Assembly (NCBI GenBank): GCA_965203805.1
Contig: OZ241917.1
Span: forward strand, 2,688,001 to 2,752,000
DNA length: 64,000 nt
From: Candidatus Latescibacterota bacterium
GTDB lineage: Bacteria; Latescibacterota; UBA2968; GCA-2709665
Direction of reading: 5' to 3'
Part shown: positions 1 through 10,190 of the stretch, one piece after another
How positions within the stretch are numbered: position 1 is the first letter of the stretch
Layout: every line of letters begins with the position of its first letter
Made by a program: the position numbers and the translations under genes
Notes under the pieces: model-generated
Seen by the model: only the letters and a program-made list of their open reading frames with translations
Databases searched by the model: none
Told to the model about the DNA's origin: nothing

Positions 1-2064
1 CGCCGCGGACCGCCCTGTCTTCATGACGACAAGGTCGAGACCTGCCGTTTTTCGAGGCGTGCGGTCCGGCGCGATGAGCGCGGTGAGTTCCGAAATGGTT
101 TTGCCGGCAGTCACCTGGAACGGTTCGTCCACCAGGCTGAGGGTGAGGTCGTCCGCCACCGCGCGCCAGACCTTGTAAAAGTGCCGGTTGTGGTACACGG
201 TCTTCCCGGTACCCGCATAGACGATGCCCAGCCGACTGTCGACGTTGAGCCACGCCGGGTGTTCGTAGGTTTTGATGACATCGCTTTCCGGTTCGGCGGT
301 GACGTAGCTCTCGAAGCGATCGGAACCCTCCGGCGTGTGAACGGTACGGGTTCCGTTGCAGTTGCCTTTCAAGGCCTTGAAGTTTTCGTTGACGATGCGC
401 AGGAAGCCCTGGTCTACGCTCTGAACGGCGATCTTCTCTCTCGCCGTGAGCCGTTCGCAGGAAAGCGAAATTCCGGAAGGCAGCCCCGCGAAGAGCACTT
501 CCTGGCGAACCGATTGCTGGGCGCGGTCCAGAACCATGGCGGCGGCGAAGCCTTCCGGGTGTTCGTCCACGCGAACCGAGACCAGGTCGTGGCTGTCGGG
601 CCTGTCCTGAACGTCAATATTGGCCAGATACGAATTGGATGCCGGGGCGACCGTATAGATGCCGTCCCTGTTCAACGGAAGCGCCATGATGTCGTTGCGC
701 CACGACAGCGATGTCTGGCCCGCGCGGTGTCTCTGGAAGACGAAACCGGAGTGGGGATAGACCTTGACGCCCCTCAGCTTGCGCTCGACCGCCGCCCCGG
801 ACGTCGGTTCGGGGCCGTCGCCGAAGATCCTGTGGAGGAAATAGGTGTGGGCGGGATTGACGACGTTGTGTTCCCGGATGATCAGCGGGTCCTGGGGTCC
901 GTGCACGGTCTCGGCAATCTGCCGGTCGTGCATTCGTCCGCCGGTGCTTTCGGCGCGCTGTTCCAGGGTTTCGAGTGCCCGGCGCTCAAAATAGGCCCCG
1001 TCCGGATCGTCTAGCAGCAGTGCCGCCGTCGCATGCGTCAGCGTTCCGGAATCGGGCGGGATATACGGCCAGTCCATGCCCTGCACGGGATGCATCGAAC
1101 CGGTCCGGTCCGTCGTACGTTTGAGCTGGTCGTAGATTTCCCTCCGGTTGAACAGGGCGTGTTCCGGAAGACTCGCTCCGAACGTTCCGTAGATGATGCC
1201 GAGCCGCCCGGTGAACATCACCGAACTGCCGGTGTAGCTGGGATGCACCATGCCGTGGTTCTCTGCCATGTAGTCCGGCAGTGCGACGAACGTCTGTCCG
1301 GTCAGTTCCCTGACCGTCTTCCCGTCTGAGAAGGGCGCAAGATTCTTCGTGTCCTGCTGGGTTGTGGTTGTCGAAAACATCCACCGGCGGGCCGTTTCGG
1401 CCCAGGACTTGACGTTGGGTGAGTTGCTCAGGAAACATTCAACCGAGGCCAGGCCGCAGGACGTCCAGCCGTTTTCTTCCATCTGGGTATTGGTGTAAAC
1501 GCCGCTCTTCGGGTCCATGGCGCCGAACCGCTCGGCATAGTCTTCGTGCATGCGCGCGATCATGCCCCAGGTCTCGTCGTCCACCATATCGCCCAGCATC
1601 AGGGCGGTCAGGGCGATGTCGGCAACATTTGTGCCGCACTGGCTCTCGGGGAAGAAGCCCCGCCCGCGTTCACCCCACTTCGTGCCCCAGGTCCGGGGAT
1701 TGCCAAGGCTCTTTTGAGGTCGGATACACTCGGCCGGACCCGTGTCGTGGGTAAAGCAGAGGTAGCGGATCCCCTTCAGCGCGAGTTCCCTCAGTTCTTC
1801 TTTCGAGCATCCGGTCCGCTTCGAATCGTATTCGGGCGAGTTCGCAAGCGCGGCAAACACGAAGATCGGCGAGGCCGTGTCGCTGCCGTACCAGTGGGCC
1901 CCGCCGAAGAAATGCCCGCAGTTGGGCCGCTCCGGCCAGTCTTCGAAATAGCTTAGGCCTATCGGCACCCAGTTCTCCAGGATGCGTTTATATCTCCGGC
2001 TGAGCGGGGTTTCCCTGGCCGGCACGGACGTCCGCTTTCGGTTCGTCAGAATCTCGGGGCGCAT
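1..2064 (-). CDS. Large hypothetical protein (>688 aa, runs off the window edge); possibly polysaccharide-lyase-like alpha/alpha fold
   Basis: Absent from the ORF track because no stop falls in the window. ATG at 2064 preceded by AAGGAG; manual translation MRPEILTNRKRT...NTQMEENGW...AENHGMVHPSY...QGMDW; the same frame is open at positions 60-1. Fold guess is weak. Confidence 0.75.
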   Translation of the reverse strand, partial: MRPEILTNRKRTSVPARETPLSRRYKRILENWVPIGLSYFEDWPERPNCGHFFGGAHWYGSDTASPIFVFAALANSPEYDSKRTGCSKEELRELALKGIRYLCFTHDTGPAECIRPQKSLGNPRTWGTKWGERGRGFFPESQCGTNVADIALTALMLGDMVDDETWGMIARMHEDYAERFGAMDPKSGVYTNTQMEENGWTSCGLASVECFLSNSPNVKSWAETARRWMFSTTTTQQDTKNLAPFSDGKTVRELTGQTFVALPDYMAENHGMVHPSYTGSSVMFTGRLGIIYGTFGASLPEHALFNRREIYDQLKRTTDRTGSMHPVQGMDWPYIPPDSGTLTHATAALLLDDPDGAYFERRALETLEQRAESTGGRMHDRQIAETVHGPQDPLIIREHNVVNPAHTYFLHRIFGDGPEPTSGAAVERKLRGVKVYPHSGFVFQRHRAGQTSLSWRNDIMALPLNRDGIYTVAPASNSYLANIDVQDRPDSHDLVSVRVDEHPEGFAAAMVLDRAQQSVRQEVLFAGLPSGISLSCERLTAREKIAVQSVDQGFLRIVNENFKALKGNCNGTRTVHTPEGSDRFESYVTAEPESDVIKTYEHPAWLNVDSRLGIVYAGTGKTVYHNRHFYKVWRAVADDLTLSLVDEPFQVTAGKTISELTALIAPDRTPRKTAGLDLVVMKTGRSAA

Positions 2065-2167
2065 AGGTGGCTCCTTTTTGGGTTTTGGGACCGAATCGAG
2101 GGAACAGTGTCAGTGAGGAATCGAATTTCCGGCAATGAACCATCCTACGGGTAATTTCCGTCTTCAC

Positions 2168-2587
2168 TCAGGGTTCGCGGTTTCGTCCGAAGATCTTGTC
2201 GATGATTGACCGACGCGAAAGCCGTTCCACTGCGATTCGGGTACCGCGGATTTCGGCCGAGAGTTCGTCTACAACCCCCAGCTTTTCAGTTATAACGTTG
2301 AGCTGCTGCTCGACCTTGATGAGCTTATTGCCGATCAATGCCGGGTCGGTAGCCTGCAATAGCTCAACTGCCCTCCGGAATTCAGCGAGGACGCTGTTCA
2401 GCGAGTCCACTGCGGCTCGCGCGACAGACGCGAGGTCTGAGACGTTCGCGTTGGCTTCGACGAGCCCTCTTCCGGCATTTGCGAGTGACTGTTGAAGCAC
2501 ATCGAATTGCTCAAGACGCCGGACCACTTCCGCGGCACGTCGCTCCGTTTCGTCGAGCCGTCCCTGTAGTTCTTCCATTATATCCAT
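2168..2587 (-). CDS. Small coiled-coil hypothetical protein
   Basis: 139 aa, heptad-rich, C-terminal IIDKIFG; start directly abuts the upstream stop (TAAATG). Confidence 0.75.
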   Translation of the reverse strand: MDIMEELQGRLDETERRAAEVVRRLEQFDVLQQSLANAGRGLVEANANVSDLASVARAAVDSLNSVLAEFRRAVELLQATDPALIGNKLIKVEQQLNVITEKLGVVDELSAEIRGTRIAVERLSRRSIIDKIFGRNREP

Positions 2588-5500
2588 TTACGCTCCCAAT
2601 ACTTTCGCCACCCCGTGCGATTCAAACTCTCGGAAGACGCGATCGGACACCTCGTTCAATTCATCGAAGACGTTTTGGATTCTTCGTGTGGCAATAACGG
2701 CGTGGACACGCGGATCATCCAGTTCAACAGCCCGCTGAATCGCTCTTTTTTCAACGTAGGTAAAGTCAGGTTCCATATCGGCCAGATCGAGCAGCGCGAT
2801 GGTGAGCGACGGACCGAGATCACCCGCGCGGGCCGACGCCAGGTCGTACATCTCTTCGATAGTCGTCTGGATGTCCGTATGCGAGATTCCGTATTTCTCG
2901 ACGCCGGACCGGATGGCGGCGCCGATTCCCCTAGAGCTCACGTTCTCATCGTGGTCCGAGCACATGGACTCGGAAAGTGCGCGGGCGATCAGAAGCCCCG
3001 GATGGTCCGGATAGGATTCCAGCGCGCGAATGCACAGACCGCGGAGCTCTCCCGCGTCCATCACAGACTGCACTTTGAAAACAAGATCCCACCACGGTGC
3101 TAACTCGACGTCCTCATTCTGTAGGAGTCCTTCGATGTGCTCAGCGCCAAAGCCTTCCTGGAGGTAGTCGAGTACCCGCGTGCGAATCTCCGCGTCGTCT
3201 TGCGCCTGGCGGGCTAGCAGCACCGCTTCCCGGATCATGCCCCGCCGGGAACGTTCGACCAAGTCGTACATAAACTCGATCAGTATCGTGGCAAGTGCAA
3301 GCGCCGCTTCCTGCGCGTGGCCGGTAACGACTTCATTCACTCGTCGAACGAGGGACTTGCTCCTTCCCGGTTGCGCCGAGAGGACGAACTCAAGCAGTCT
3401 GTCCTTACATCGCTCGAAATCGAACGCGTCCACGTGAAGCACAAACCTGCGGGATCCGAACTCGACTTCATAGTCGTCAATCACACCAATCCTGAGTAGC
3501 CGATAGACGGCTTTTTCCTTTCTGATACGGCTTTCGCCGTTTTCAAAGGGTCGCTCGATGCGTTGCCTGGAAGAGAGATCGCCCAGTGCATTCAACAGAT
3601 CCACGACATCTTCGATTTCCCGTGCCGCACCGCTGAACGCCTGCAGGTGAAACCATAATGCCCGGGTGAGGTCATCCGCTGTCTGGAGGTTTCCTTCAAT
3701 CTCATTGAACTTGCCGCGAAGTTCCTCGAGATCGAGATCGGGATCGATCAATTCTGTGGAACGACCCGGGTCGTATTCTGAAAACACGACGGTTGAACGC
3801 GCGAGTTTTCGGTCTCGTCCCGCGCGGCCGGCCTCCTGATAGAAGCTCTCAAGCGACATAGGCATTCCGAAATGCACGGTATACCTGATATTCGGTTTGT
3901 CGATCCCCATCCCGAACGCTTTGGTCGCGACAAGCACGGGCACGCGGTTGGTCATAAAATCGGCAGCGTTTTCACGTTTCCGCTGGTCCCAATTGTCGGC
4001 AACCACGGACGAGGGAGGGCCGCCAGAATATATAGTTACTTCAGCTCCCGTCGCTTGTTGCACGACATTCCGCACGTCCTGCACCCCGTAAGTGCGGGCC
4101 TTTACGGTGGGCACGAAGACGATACCGGAAGCTGTGTCGGCACCGGACGAGCGATAGAACTCCGCACGAGGCAACCCGAATCGTCCAGGCATCGCGTTCA
4201 GCACGCCGCGCAGTGCCGCCGAAGGGTCTTCGACCGGCGAAGTACGCACGATTTCAAAGCGTATTTCGGAACGGTCAAAGGAATCCGGTCGAATCAATGC
4301 GTCCGAGCGATTCCTGTCGATTCCCAGAGCGGCGAGCATGTCACGGAGGACGGCACGGGAGGCGGTTCCCGTGAGTGCCAGGAGCGGCGGCGGGCTGGAT
4401 TCGCTGTCTGCCCCGAGCTTTCTCAGGTTGTTCGCGAGGTTCAGATACGCGGGCCGAAAGTCGTGCCCCCACTCGGATACGCAGTGCGCTTCGTCGATGA
4501 CGGCCAGGTTGACAAACGTACACGCAACCAGGGCACGGAGCGCCGTCCGGAACTGGGGCGACTGCAGACGTTCGGGCGCATGAAGTACGAACAGGTATTC
4601 GCCTCGTTCGACCCGGCGCAGCAGACGTTCACGCTCTTCCCGGTCGGCAAGGTAGCTGGTAATTGATGCCACCCTATCGATTCCGTAGGACCTCAGACCC
4701 TCCACCTGGTCTTCGATCAATGCAGTTATCGGATCTACCACCAGAGTGACGCCGGGCATCAGCAGACCCGCAAGTTGGTAGACGATACTCTTTCCTCCGC
4801 CGGTCTGAAGCAACACGACGCTGTCGTTCTGTCGCAGTGCGTTGAAGATGGCCTGCCCCTGCATCGGGCGGAATTCTCGTTTCCGAAATAGGTTCTGGAG
4901 ATAAAACCGGAGCGGCCCTTGAGCGTCTTCGAAGGTCGACACCTCCGCGGCTCTTCTTCGCAAGTCGAATGACTGCTCGGTCGCGATCAATGCCGGGACA
5001 TACACTGAGCGAATGACGAAATCCTGTCCTTCGCGTGAAATAGCATGGTATGGGCTGGTTCCTGTTTCGACCGCGATGCGCAACGGTTCTCCGGCCGTTT
5101 CGGAATCCGCGGCTTTTATCCACCTTACCCCGCCTTCGCGCATCCAGGTCGTCGCGAACCCGTCGTCCGCTCGCACGGAACATCGTTCCGGGACCGAACT
5201 GCCGCCATACAGGATGTCGATGCCTGCAAGGAACCGAAGCACATCCAGCGCGCCGGCCGCGGCGGGCGCTCCGGCCCCACGGATGTCAATGGCCCATGTT
5301 CCGCCGGGCGTCAGCCATCCGTACTCTAGGGCCCTGGCGACTGCAAATTGCACCCTGGCCGCATTAGCGCAATTGAGAGCGAACGACGAGACATCCTCCT
5401 CGTGGCCATTGGCACGGGCGAATGCTGTCAGAGAACGTTGGCATCGATCGCGAATCTCGTCGAGCGTGGTTCCGCGGCCATTGAGCACTTCCGCGTTTGT

Positions 5501-6448
5501 GATACGTAGAACGTCGATCCCTGCTGATCGCAGTGCTTCATCGCGCGCCTCGTCCACCTCGACCGCACTAGCGTGTTCCGGACCGTCGATCTCTACGGCG
5601 AAAGGGGTTCCACCGGGGTGGCTGAAAAGAAAGTCGACGCGGCGGGCGCCGTTCCCATATCCGCCCGAGGACTCAACCAGTCGGTCGAGCGGCGCCTGAG
5701 GGGTGAACCAGTGACCGGCGCAGGTCCCGAGCGCCGCAGGCACCCACTGATTGAGAAACCAGCTTTCCGCCTGGCTCTGCAGCAGCGACTCTTCCGAATC
5801 GGGATCGAAGTCGAAAGCGGAGTCGAGGACGAACGGGGTCTTTTCCGTTACCCTCGCAAGAATGGTTTCAGCCGTGAAACGCAGCGGCGCGTCCGCCCGC
5901 GGCTCCCAACCAACTTCCGCATTGTCCTGGCCTGATGCGTTTACCCGATCGAACAAGCCGTGGGTGCGAAGTGCTTCGCGTTCGACCTCCAGAGTTGGCA
6001 TGGGCGTCTGCCCGCGGCGCAGAAACTTGACCAGGAGCGAGGTCGCGAAACGGACGTGTTCGACCGGTTCTCCGCGCCCTAGGCTTCTTCGCGAGAGGAC
6101 GACACACTGACTCAGTGCCCGTGTCAAACGCTCGTCTTGACCTAGCCGGACATTAAGGACTCCCGGCTTCGCTCCAACGGAGACGTATTCCGGGATGAAA
6201 TCGTTGCGGCGTACGCCTTCAATCCATTCAACCGGAAGCAATTCCCCATGAGTCGAACGGGGCCTTTCGGAAGGCTGCTTCGGCCTGCGGTCTTCACCGC
6301 GCCGCCGTGTCCCCCGGCACCTGGGAAACTTCGTGCAACCCCAGAACTGCTCTCCGGGGTTGGGCCCGCGCTTCGCCGTACGAAGCGCCATGGCAGAACC
6401 GCATGTTGGACATCTTGGAGTAATGGACTCGCCAGTTGATCTGTTCAT
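2588..6448 (-). CDS. RecQ-family SF2 helicase fused to a topoisomerase-type C4 zinc ribbon and a DUF559/Vsr-like endonuclease domain
   Basis: CPTCGS...FWGCTKFPRC; RRVDFL..AVEIDGPEH..RDEALRSAGIDVLRITN; QTGGGKS, IDEAHCVSEWGHDFRPAY, ATKAFGMGIDKPNIR, YQEAGRAGRD. Start uncertain (ORF extends to 6523). Confidence 0.9.
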   Translation of the reverse strand: MNRSTGESITPRCPTCGSAMALRTAKRGPNPGEQFWGCTKFPRCRGTRRRGEDRRPKQPSERPRSTHGELLPVEWIEGVRRNDFIPEYVSVGAKPGVLNVRLGQDERLTRALSQCVVLSRRSLGRGEPVEHVRFATSLLVKFLRRGQTPMPTLEVEREALRTHGLFDRVNASGQDNAEVGWEPRADAPLRFTAETILARVTEKTPFVLDSAFDFDPDSEESLLQSQAESWFLNQWVPAALGTCAGHWFTPQAPLDRLVESSGGYGNGARRVDFLFSHPGGTPFAVEIDGPEHASAVEVDEARDEALRSAGIDVLRITNAEVLNGRGTTLDEIRDRCQRSLTAFARANGHEEDVSSFALNCANAARVQFAVARALEYGWLTPGGTWAIDIRGAGAPAAAGALDVLRFLAGIDILYGGSSVPERCSVRADDGFATTWMREGGVRWIKAADSETAGEPLRIAVETGTSPYHAISREGQDFVIRSVYVPALIATEQSFDLRRRAAEVSTFEDAQGPLRFYLQNLFRKREFRPMQGQAIFNALRQNDSVVLLQTGGGKSIVYQLAGLLMPGVTLVVDPITALIEDQVEGLRSYGIDRVASITSYLADREERERLLRRVERGEYLFVLHAPERLQSPQFRTALRALVACTFVNLAVIDEAHCVSEWGHDFRPAYLNLANNLRKLGADSESSPPPLLALTGTASRAVLRDMLAALGIDRNRSDALIRPDSFDRSEIRFEIVRTSPVEDPSAALRGVLNAMPGRFGLPRAEFYRSSGADTASGIVFVPTVKARTYGVQDVRNVVQQATGAEVTIYSGGPPSSVVADNWDQRKRENAADFMTNRVPVLVATKAFGMGIDKPNIRYTVHFGMPMSLESFYQEAGRAGRDRKLARSTVVFSEYDPGRSTELIDPDLDLEELRGKFNEIEGNLQTADDLTRALWFHLQAFSGAAREIEDVVDLLNALGDLSSRQRIERPFENGESRIRKEKAVYRLLRIGVIDDYEVEFGSRRFVLHVDAFDFERCKDRLLEFVLSAQPGRSKSLVRRVNEVVTGHAQEAALALATILIEFMYDLVERSRRGMIREAVLLARQAQDDAEIRTRVLDYLQEGFGAEHIEGLLQNEDVELAPWWDLVFKVQSVMDAGELRGLCIRALESYPDHPGLLIARALSESMCSDHDENVSSRGIGAAIRSGVEKYGISHTDIQTTIEEMYDLASARAGDLGPSLTIALLDLADMEPDFTYVEKRAIQRAVELDDPRVHAVIATRRIQNVFDELNEVSDRVFREFESHGVAKVLGA

Positions 6449-6482
6449 TTCAGTAGTTGTGCTGAGCAATTCGGAACGGTCG

Positions 6483-7151
6483 TCAATACGCGGGCACGCC
6501 CGTCTTTTTGCCAATCCAATCAATCATAGCTCTGAACGTCGGACATTGCTCCGCTACGTCCAGCAATTCTGCGTCACGTAAAATGGCAACACTGTCCACA
6601 ATCTGTCTATAGGACTTCCTAGGACGATGTCTTCGGAAGAGTGCCTGCACGATTACCTTCGGCGGCTGGTCTTGATTCTGCTCTTCGGGAGGAAACCGCC
6701 AGTTGCGAGACAGATTTGGTAATTTGAGACGGTCCTTCAGCTGATTTGGCGCAGAAAGGAGCAGCACTTCCATGTCGTGTTTCATGGCGTTTGCGTGGAA
6801 CCTAGCGATATGACTCTCAACATCTCTACGACTCATACCTGTCTTTTCCAATTCACGCCGTATAAGCCGGTTTTGCACAACCTGCAATTCCTTCAGGTTC
6901 TGGTGTTTGTAATTGTCGGAAATGCCTCGGTTCGGATATAGATCTGGCAGGCCAACAACAAGATCGAAAGGGTCGTTTACGAGTTTTTCCAGCGCTCGCG
7001 ACCCAATTTTTCTGAGGAATTTGGGCTTGTTGTCGAGTTGTATTAGTTGAATGCCCCTGCCTTTTACTCGAAGCTTCTGCCTCCACCCGCCCCACAGCGC
7101 GGCCAAGGCCCGTACGTCAGACCTCCCTTCCACATAAACCCACACCTTCAT
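6483..7151 (-). CDS. DUF4276-like (TOPRIM-like) protein
   Basis: N-terminal VYVEGRSD, internal DLYP and HDMEVLLL, C-terminal CPTF; overlaps the ATPase stop by 4 nt. Confidence 0.7.
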   Translation of the reverse strand: MKVWVYVEGRSDVRALAALWGGWRQKLRVKGRGIQLIQLDNKPKFLRKIGSRALEKLVNDPFDLVVGLPDLYPNRGISDNYKHQNLKELQVVQNRLIRRELEKTGMSRRDVESHIARFHANAMKHDMEVLLLSAPNQLKDRLKLPNLSRNWRFPPEEQNQDQPPKVIVQALFRRHRPRKSYRQIVDSVAILRDAELLDVAEQCPTFRAMIDWIGKKTGVPAY

Positions 7152-8440
7152 GCGCCGGCCTCCAGTTCGCCGGAACGGTGCAGGTCACCGAGAGTCGCGC
7201 CGGTAACGTTTTTGAGCATGTCAACAAGTGTTTTTCGGTCCGACGGGCGATGCCATAGGACCCTAGCATCGTCTTCATCCCGCGCCATCACCGCAACGTC
7301 TTCAATGTCAAAACAGTCAAGCAGATCCGGGCTGTGAGTCGTCACGAGCACCTGCGTGCGTTCCGAGGCAGTCTTGATCATCTCCGCGACGACAGGCAAC
7401 AATCCAGGATGCAGCCCCAATTCCGGTTCGTCAATTGCAACCAGCATGCGAGGCAACGGATTCAATAGGGCCGTTGCCAGGCACAGGAATCGTAGCATGC
7501 CATCCGAGAGATCCCATAGATTCATGGATCGATGCATGCCCTTCTCGCGCACACCCACGAGCACTTGCGGTGGCGTTCCATGGGTAGTGTCACAATGGAT
7601 CTCCTCAAATCCGGGATTGGCAACGCGCAGGAATTCGCGCAGTTCCTCTGCCGCCGAGCGGAAGTCATACCGAGTCAAAATTTCGTGAAGCACGGTTCCG
7701 AGATTGTCGCCATTGCTAGACAATGTTGTAAATGGCGAAATATCGGCGGGTTTTGTACGAAGCGATGAAGAACGAGTTACATCGAAGCCCGGATAGAACG
7801 TCATATTTGCCAACAAAACTCGCACTAGGGATGCAACAGGAAACTCGTTGAAGAACCGGATTTTCGAGAGTAGCAAGGCGACTTCTTGCTGTGCCGGCTG
7901 TGCCGGAACGCTGGGGTGCGCAGTTTCTGTGGAACCGGTCTCACCTACATTCACCTCTGACGGTTGCGCTTCATCAAAGGGTGTTAACTTTCTCTGTCTT
8001 CTGTCAAAAATCTGTTGCCGGTATGGGTTCGCCTCCAAGAACTTGAAGGGTTCGGTATGACCAGGTGCTGGCTTTTGATTTCTGAGAACTTCGTATCGGG
8101 TTTGCATTTGGTACAGAGTATCTGGCACTAACTCGACCGCGTACACCAGTGATTTTTCTTCTTCTAGTTGTAAAATGTCCGATAGGGCGGAGTGATGAAG
8201 AGTGATGCTCCATGTCAACTGTTTGTTAACATCATTCGCGGAAAGCAACGACGCCGCCCCATAATGCCAGCCAATTGCCGTATTCAGTGGAACTTCGCAA
8301 CACTCCGCGATTAATTGCAGGCAATCGATCAGCGTACTCTTGCCTACGGCATTTGCACCGATCACCACGGTGAGCGGCTTGAAATCGGCCTTGAAGTCGT
8401 CGAGAAGCCGGTAGCCCCCGATTTCGATTTCAGTAATCAT
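7148..8440 (-). CDS. ABC-type (AAA_21/AAA_15-like) ATPase
   Basis: MITEIEIGGYR start at 8440, Walker A GANAVGKS, signature LSDGMLR, Walker B IDEPELGLHP, H-loop TTHSP. Confidence 0.9.
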   Translation of the reverse strand: MITEIEIGGYRLLDDFKADFKPLTVVIGANAVGKSTLIDCLQLIAECCEVPLNTAIGWHYGAASLLSANDVNKQLTWSITLHHSALSDILQLEEEKSLVYAVELVPDTLYQMQTRYEVLRNQKPAPGHTEPFKFLEANPYRQQIFDRRQRKLTPFDEAQPSEVNVGETGSTETAHPSVPAQPAQQEVALLLSKIRFFNEFPVASLVRVLLANMTFYPGFDVTRSSSLRTKPADISPFTTLSSNGDNLGTVLHEILTRYDFRSAAEELREFLRVANPGFEEIHCDTTHGTPPQVLVGVREKGMHRSMNLWDLSDGMLRFLCLATALLNPLPRMLVAIDEPELGLHPGLLPVVAEMIKTASERTQVLVTTHSPDLLDCFDIEDVAVMARDEDDARVLWHRPSDRKTLVDMLKNVTGATLGDLHRSGELEAGA

Positions 8441-8767
8441 GAGATTAACCCTTTCAATCCGATTGCCGCCTGCAGTATTTGATGTTGTCTGGCCCGGCAT
8501 CTGACGCCGGTATAGGTACAAGCGGTCGACGATCTCTTCAACGCGTGTCGACCGCCTGCGATACCGTCCAACCCGGAAATTCGATCCCTTTGGCCGTTCG
8601 TCCCGGTATCGCACGGACGTGTGAACCGGGTATAATAAATGCCCCTTTTCAGATTCTCTGTCAAGGAGCATCACACAGGCAATGACTGTGCCGGATCAAC
8701 TACATTTCACTCACGATTCCGATCGTCGATCGCCATACGGACGGTTGGGGAGATTCGGTCTCTCCGG

Positions 8768-9394
8768 CTATTTCAACTGAACTTGGGGATCGTCCTCGTA
8801 CGCAGAATCGATCTGGACCAGGCGTTCCAGAATCAGACAGAACAGTTCGAAGAGATCCTTCAGTATCTCCGTCTCTTTGATCACGCCGTCGCATTCGAAA
8901 TACAACTCATCCACGCCGTCGGGAAAGTCCGCCCCGAACATGCCTTCGTCGTCTTTGATCCGGAGATGTACCTTCGGCTGTTTCCGGAACAAACCCCGTA
9001 TCCTTTCATCGGCGAGCAGCAGCTTGATCTTTTCCGGACTGTTGCCTTTGATCAGGAAGCGATCATCGAAAACCGGGTCCCCTATCTCTATGTCCTGCAT
9101 ACCGAGCAATTTGCCGATTGAACTAAAGAACCCCTCGTGCGATATATCGAAAGAGAGACCATCCTTGTTGATAAACGGCGCCCGCATCCGGGTTAACCGC
9201 GTTGTCACCATCATCGTTCCCGAGTAAGTCGACTCCGTACGGGTATCGAGGATGATCCGCCACTCGCCGTGATTGTACGCAACAGCATTGGCGCCCCAAA
9301 AGCCCCCGTCGATGAATTCACCCTCCATATCCGACGCTATCTGCCTCCAGATTTCGTCCTTCGACGGTCCGAATATGGATCTGCGGATACTCAC
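8768..9394 (-). CDS. Conserved hypothetical protein
   Basis: 208-aa ORF with GGAGG RBS before GTG; globular composition. Confidence 0.7.
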   Translation of the reverse strand: MSIRRSIFGPSKDEIWRQIASDMEGEFIDGGFWGANAVAYNHGEWRIILDTRTESTYSGTMMVTTRLTRMRAPFINKDGLSFDISHEGFFSSIGKLLGMQDIEIGDPVFDDRFLIKGNSPEKIKLLLADERIRGLFRKQPKVHLRIKDDEGMFGADFPDGVDELYFECDGVIKETEILKDLFELFCLILERLVQIDSAYEDDPQVQLK

Positions 9395-9448
9395 ACTTCC
9401 TCCGGATTTCGGGGTTCTTTCAACACGTAGACTCCCGATAGGCCGCCC

Positions 9449-10189
9449 TTATTCCACAGCAAACAGCCGGTTGCGCGCCGGGAGGCTGACGATCTTCGAA
9501 TAGTGGTGGACTTTCAGATCGGGATTTTCGGGATCCACGGGGGTGGGCGCCTCGATGACGAAATCGGCGAAGTGCGGTGCGTTGAAGGCCACGAAGGCCA
9601 GCGACAGGCAATCGACAAGCCGGTCCGGCCGCTTCGAGAGGTCCGGAAAGGCGATCGGGCCGGTATCGACCTGGTAGCGGTCGTCCCCGCGGCGGGTATT
9701 CATGGTCTTTACCGGACATTCGATCAGCGCGCGAAGTCCGGTTTTTTCGTTGCGGATCTCCGTCTGCGAGACCAGCGGCGCGAAGCGGTATGTACCCTCG
9801 CGGATGGCCGTGTTCGACGGCAATTCTCGAATCCTGTCGCCCTCGACCAAATGGAGATCGTAGCCGCCGAACATCCGGTCGTACGGCTGCGTCTCACGGT
9901 ACCGGGCGCTGAAACAGGCCGGGCGCCGGAAGATGAGTCCTAAACGGGCGCTGAAGATAGGCAGGTAATCGTAATTGTCGCGTTTGAACAGGTCCCTGTT
10001 CTGAAACGTGTTCTCGCTCTTGCACGAGGCGGCCTGGTAGAAATCTTCGCAGGTCCCCGCTCTTTCGTCGAAAACGCGTGTGCGGGACTCGATCCAGAAG
10101 CGCGCCTCGTTGGCGGACCCCTTTCCAATGAGGAAAGAACGGCCGTAATCCAGCGGGGTCATTTCGAATCCGACTGCCCGAGTTCCCAT
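9449..10189 (-). CDS. Hypothetical protein
   Basis: ATG 1 nt after the sulP-like stop, with GGAG RBS; 246 aa. Confidence 0.7.
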   Translation of the reverse strand: MGTRAVGFEMTPLDYGRSFLIGKGSANEARFWIESRTRVFDERAGTCEDFYQAASCKSENTFQNRDLFKRDNYDYLPIFSARLGLIFRRPACFSARYRETQPYDRMFGGYDLHLVEGDRIRELPSNTAIREGTYRFAPLVSQTEIRNEKTGLRALIECPVKTMNTRRGDDRYQVDTGPIAFPDLSKRPDRLVDCLSLAFVAFNAPHFADFVIEAPTPVDPENPDLKVHHYSKIVSLPARNRLFAVE

Positions 10190-10190
10190 G

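Noticed and set aside
181-1956. Plus-strand ORFs (277 aa, 136 aa, etc.)
   Set aside because: Antisense shadows of the RBS-led minus-strand gene at 1-2064.
8441-8674. 78-aa N-terminal extension of the ATPase
   Set aside because: The family-typical start is MITEIEI at 8440; the extension covers the probable promoter region.
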